This document shows positions 52,847 to 56,451 of a DNA stretch of 56,451 nt, one piece after another (the first letter of the stretch is position 1; each line of letters opens with the position of its first letter). The notes beneath the pieces are model-generated. The model was not told the DNA's origin, searched no databases, and was given only the letters and a program-made list of their open reading frames with translations. Source of the stretch: an uncultured Acidobacteriota bacterium (lineage in GTDB: Bacteria > Acidobacteriota > Vicinamibacteria > Vicinamibacterales > UBA8438); the NCBI GenBank assembly GCA_913043225.1, contig CAJWLU010000022.1, positions 1 through 56,451 on the forward strand, read 5' to 3'. Both the position numbers and the translations under genes were made by a program.

Positions 52847-53902
52847 CTAGAACATCGCTATCGGATTCACCGGGCTGCCCGTTCCCCGAGCCACGTTCAG
52901 CGGCAACCCCATGAACATGAACTCGTAGCGCTCCTCCTCGACACAGGCATCGGCCAACGGCTCGAGCAGGGCGTTATCCAGCAGCGCCACGCCGAACTTG
53001 AAGAGCACGCCATGGACCGGCCACCGGAGACCGTACTGGTCGGGACGGGCATCCATCATGTCCCAGCCTAGGAGCGCAACGTCATGGTCCCGGATGAACT
53101 TCACGCAGCTGACACCCAGCCCCGGTCGTTCACCCCCACCGTACTGGCCACCCGCGCGCAGAAACGCGTCGCGTCCGCTGTACACCAGGAGCGCGTCGCC
53201 AGGCTCCACCGACACCCCTTGCGCCTCAGCAATCTCCTCGAGCTCCCAGCCCTGCACGGGCTGTTCGAGGGTGACGTGATCAACCCCGCGATGACGCGGC
53301 ACGTCCAACAGCACGCCTCGGGTCACGATCCCCTCGTTCCAGGCGTCGATAGTCCCGAACCTGGCGCCTTGACTCGTGATCTCCTCGTCGTGGCTCCTCC
53401 CCTGCCACATGCCGTCGCCATCCCAGACATGACACAACGCATCGATATGGGTGATGGTCTGTCCGTGGTAGATGAAGCCGTAGTAGTCGACCACGCCGCT
53501 GTCACTCTTGCGCATGAAGTGCTGCTCGGGTTCGAAGACCCGACTGGCCGAGACCTTGCGACCGGAGCGCACCAACGCCGCCGCGGCCGCGCTCTTCTCG
53601 GGCGTGATCAAGTTGATGGCGCCCTTCTCGTCCTCGGGCCCCCACCGCCCCCAGTTGCTCCGGTCCGTATACCAGGAGGCCACCTCGGCCGCGCTGGGCA
53701 TCCTCGGGTCGTTCTGCACGGCAGCGGCGACGGCGGACACCGACGGTTCCCCGTGCAGATGCACGTCGAGCAGCGCCTCCGGATCGAACGACCCTGGCGG
53801 CTGCGCCGCAGCCGAACGTCGTGCTCCTCCGGCCGCGCCCACCGCCGCGCCACCAGCGGCCGCTCCTACTGCGGTCAAGAACCGTCGTCGTGACGTTGCC
53901 AT
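52847..53902 (-). CDS. Cyclase (kynurenine formamidase-like) family metallohydrolase with Tat signal
   Basis: SRRRFLT signal; NWGRWG..DE.GA.N, THIDALCH, RGVLLD, GTGSPVNPIA. Confidence 0.87.
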   Translation of the reverse strand: MATSRRRFLTAVGAAAGGAAVGAAGGARRSAAAQPPGSFDPEALLDVHLHGEPSVSAVAAAVQNDPRMPSAAEVASWYTDRSNWGRWGPEDEKGAINLITPEKSAAAAALVRSGRKVSASRVFEPEQHFMRKSDSGVVDYYGFIYHGQTITHIDALCHVWDGDGMWQGRSHDEEITSQGARFGTIDAWNEGIVTRGVLLDVPRHRGVDHVTLEQPVQGWELEEIAEAQGVSVEPGDALLVYSGRDAFLRAGGQYGGGERPGLGVSCVKFIRDHDVALLGWDMMDARPDQYGLRWPVHGVLFKFGVALLDNALLEPLADACVEEERYEFMFMGLPLNVARGTGSPVNPIAMF

Positions 53903-53939
53903 CCCATGCTCCTCTCTCCACCCATATCGGCCGACCGCC

Positions 53940-55283
53940 TCACTGTGCGTCGAGTCTGGTAATACGGTACAGGGCCGACTGGGTCCGCAGGAGTAGGCTG
54001 CCCCGGACGATCGCTGGCGTGGCCAGCGCCATCTCATTCAGCGCGTTCGTTCCCAGTAGCTCGAACTTCGGTCCCGCCCGCACGACAAACGTGTCCCCGT
54101 CCTCACCCAGCAAGAAGACGCGACCGTTGTAGGCCCAGGGTGACGCGGTGAATCCGGTGCCCGGTCGGATCCGCGTCCGTCCGTAGATCTCACGCCCCGT
54201 CCTGGCGTCATGGTTCAGCAGGAAACCACGGTCAAGCAGCGTGTAATAGTGACCCTGGTACACCAGTGCCGACGTGTTGTAGGTGCCGAGCATCGGCTGA
54301 TACCAAACGACGAAGTCGTTACCGTTCTCCCCTTCGTTGAGAGAAATGTCTCCAGAGGCGCCTGGTCGGATCGCGTAGACGGGTCTCGGCATCCCGCCGG
54401 GATACCCGGAGCTGATATAAACCAGGCCCTCCCGGGCGAATGGGGTCGGCACCACATTGACCGTCATCCCAGACAGTTCCCAAAGCAGCTCGCCGTCAAG
54501 ACCGTAAGACCGGACGCGACGCAGACCGGCGGTCACGATCTCGGTGCGCAGATCGTTCTCCCAGACGAACGGAGTCGCCCAGTTCTCGACCTCGTCCCGC
54601 TCCGCGCGCCAGATCTCCTCGCCAGTCGCCGCATCCAACGAGACGAGGAAGGAGCTGGTTGTGTTGTCGCTCACGACATACAACCGACCGTCATGGAGGG
54701 CGGGCGAGGCGGCCGTCCCGAAGCGCTGCCGGCCGTTGTAGACCCCGAGCTCCCGTCGCCACACCACTTGCCCGTCGAAGTCGAGCGCCGCGGCCAAACC
54801 GATGGTGCCGAAATAGACATACACCCGCTCACCGTCGGTTACTGGTGTCTCGGACGCGAAGCTATTCTTGAGGTGCCGCTCGATGGCCGGCACCGCCGAG
54901 GCCAGCTCGCGCTCCCATCGCACGGTGCCGGTCTCGAAATCGATGTCATACACGACCCAGCGATGCGTGTGCGCGGCCGAAGTAGCCCCGCTGTCCACCC
55001 CCGGGTCGTAGAGACCGGTCACTGGCGCGCGCTCTTCGCCGGCGCTGATGGCCGAGGTCAGGAACACGTGCTCGTTCCAGACCACCGGCGAACTCCAACC
55101 GAGCCCCGGGATCGGAGCCCGCCACACCACGTTCTCGGTCTCGCTCCAATGATCGGGCAATCTCGGATCATCGGCGACAGCCCCGTCCGACGGCCCCCGA
55201 AATCGCGGCCACTGCCCCTGCGCCCGGACGTCGGCCGACAGAAGGACAACTCCGACGATCAACGCCAGCACACCACTCCGCAT
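53940..55283 (-). CDS. Exported PQQ-binding-like beta-propeller protein, paralog 3
   Basis: WPRFRG, KNSFASETPVTDG, GFTASPWAYNG; close paralog of paralogs 1 and 2. Confidence 0.85.
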   Translation of the reverse strand: MRSGVLALIVGVVLLSADVRAQGQWPRFRGPSDGAVADDPRLPDHWSETENVVWRAPIPGLGWSSPVVWNEHVFLTSAISAGEERAPVTGLYDPGVDSGATSAAHTHRWVVYDIDFETGTVRWERELASAVPAIERHLKNSFASETPVTDGERVYVYFGTIGLAAALDFDGQVVWRRELGVYNGRQRFGTAASPALHDGRLYVVSDNTTSSFLVSLDAATGEEIWRAERDEVENWATPFVWENDLRTEIVTAGLRRVRSYGLDGELLWELSGMTVNVVPTPFAREGLVYISSGYPGGMPRPVYAIRPGASGDISLNEGENGNDFVVWYQPMLGTYNTSALVYQGHYYTLLDRGFLLNHDARTGREIYGRTRIRPGTGFTASPWAYNGRVFLLGEDGDTFVVRAGPKFELLGTNALNEMALATPAIVRGSLLLRTQSALYRITRLDAQ

Positions 55284-55376
55284 CTCGACCCTCTCGCGCC
55301 AGCGAGGCGCCCTTGGCATTTGTGTATATCTCATCACCGGTGACGGGGACTCGCAGCGATGCTATCGTACCCGGCG

Positions 55377-56336
55377 ATGGGTCGAATGAGCTTCGTAGCA
55401 ACCGTTCTTCTCTGCCTGACCTGTACTGCGACTGCGGATGCGCAGTCGGCCGCGGCCGATACGCCCACCGGCTGGACGACTCCACTCACCGCCTGGGGTG
55501 ACCCCGACCTGCAAGGCATCTGGGACTACCGCACGTTGACGCCGCTCGAGCGCCCCGAGCGCTTCAAAGGTCGCGAGTTTCTCAGCGAGGAAGAGATCGC
55601 CGATCTCGAAGAACAGCGGCGAGAGCGAGCGGATGGTCGGCCGCCCGGCGATCCGCGCACGTCGCCCTCGGTGCACGCGCCCTACTGGCTGGACTACGGC
55701 ACCGAGGTTGTCGGGAGCGGGCGGAGCTCGCTCATCGTCGACCCTCCCGACGGACGAATCCCGGCACTCTCCGACACCGGCCGACATCGGGGCAAGGCAC
55801 GACGGGAGACTCGTGCCGCACGTGGCGGGGCGGACTCCTACCACGACCGTAACCTCTGGGAGCGCTGCATCACCCGAGGGTTGCCCAACGGCATGCTACC
55901 GGCCGGCTACAACAACAATATCCAGGTCCTGCAGACTGAACACCACGTCGTGATCGTCAATGAGATGATTCACGACGCTCGCATCGTGCCACTTGCCGCA
56001 CCGACATCAGCCTCGCCCGTCCCGCAGTGGCGAGGGCGGTCGTGGGGCCGATGGGCTGGAGACACCCTGGTGGTGGAAACGACCGGCTTCTCTGCGTCGA
56101 GCGACTTCCGTGGCGCTGCCGACGGCCTGTCCCTGGTGGAGCGGTTCCGGCTGAGCGGACCTGACACGCTCGACTACAGCGTCACGGTGACCGACTCCGC
56201 AACCTGGACGCTCCCCTGGACGATTACGTTCCCGATCGAGCGAGTCGACGGTCCGATGTATGAGTACGCGTGCCACGAAGGTAACTATGGGCTTGAGAAC
56301 ATCCTCCACGTCGCGCGCGTCGGCGAGGCACGCTGA
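55377..56336 (+). CDS. Exported hypothetical protein (PDLQGIW...YEYACHEGN family), paralog B
   Basis: TAWGDPDLQGIWDYRT, SPSVHA..WLDYG, ERC, GYNNN, EMIHD, YEYACHEGN shared with paralog A. Confidence 0.8.
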   Translation: MGRMSFVATVLLCLTCTATADAQSAAADTPTGWTTPLTAWGDPDLQGIWDYRTLTPLERPERFKGREFLSEEEIADLEEQRRERADGRPPGDPRTSPSVHAPYWLDYGTEVVGSGRSSLIVDPPDGRIPALSDTGRHRGKARRETRAARGGADSYHDRNLWERCITRGLPNGMLPAGYNNNIQVLQTEHHVVIVNEMIHDARIVPLAAPTSASPVPQWRGRSWGRWAGDTLVVETTGFSASSDFRGAADGLSLVERFRLSGPDTLDYSVTVTDSATWTLPWTITFPIERVDGPMYEYACHEGNYGLENILHVARVGEAR

Positions 56337-56386
56337 CGCCTGGCCAGGCCAATCTCGACCGCGTAGCTCGTGAGGTCTTCAGCCGC

Positions 56387-56451
56387 CTAGGCCACCGGCT
56401 CGATCGGCTCGTCTCTGCTCGCCACGGTCATACAGACCCCGACGATCGGCG
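56387..56451 (-). CDS. Possible 3' end of a CDS entering from outside the window
   Basis: Open frame PIVGVCMTVASRDEPIEPVA-stop; no diagnostic motif. Confidence 0.25.
   Translation of the reverse strand, partial: PIVGVCMTVASRDEPIEPVA

Overview
GC-rich bacterial chromosomal window with about 45 protein-coding genes. I found no rRNA, tRNA, CRISPR array, integrase or transposase. The gene families (DUF1592/DUF1552/ankyrin, DUF1549/DUF1553 with DUF1501, many PQQ-like propellers) suggest an Acidobacteriota subdivision 6 (Vicinamibacterales)-like host; this is inference. Housekeeping genes are ahcY, htpG, rpiB, an MscS channel, tesA-ybbA-ybbP and cstA with a CC-terminal peptide and an ArsA-family ATPase. 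They are interspersed with many uncharacterised exported proteins. Main observations: (1) a four-gene module (divergent PQQ-like propeller, then DUF1592 dihaem protein, Tat-exported DUF1552 and exported ankyrin protein) occurs twice, with a third propeller paralog; (2) two NrdR-box-like sites 31 bp apart overlap the predicted promoter of a 52-aa orphan ORF with no nrd gene nearby; (3) a PQQ alcohol dehydrogenase with the lanthanide-type D-x-D motif sits beside a dihaem cytochrome; (4) two enzymes from normally cytoplasmic families (ICL/PEP-mutase and cyclase) carry Tat signals; (5) there is a tandem YjbQ-like protein; (6) an FKBP pseudogene lies in an apparent intergenic gap. All family calls are by eye from motifs; no database searches were run.
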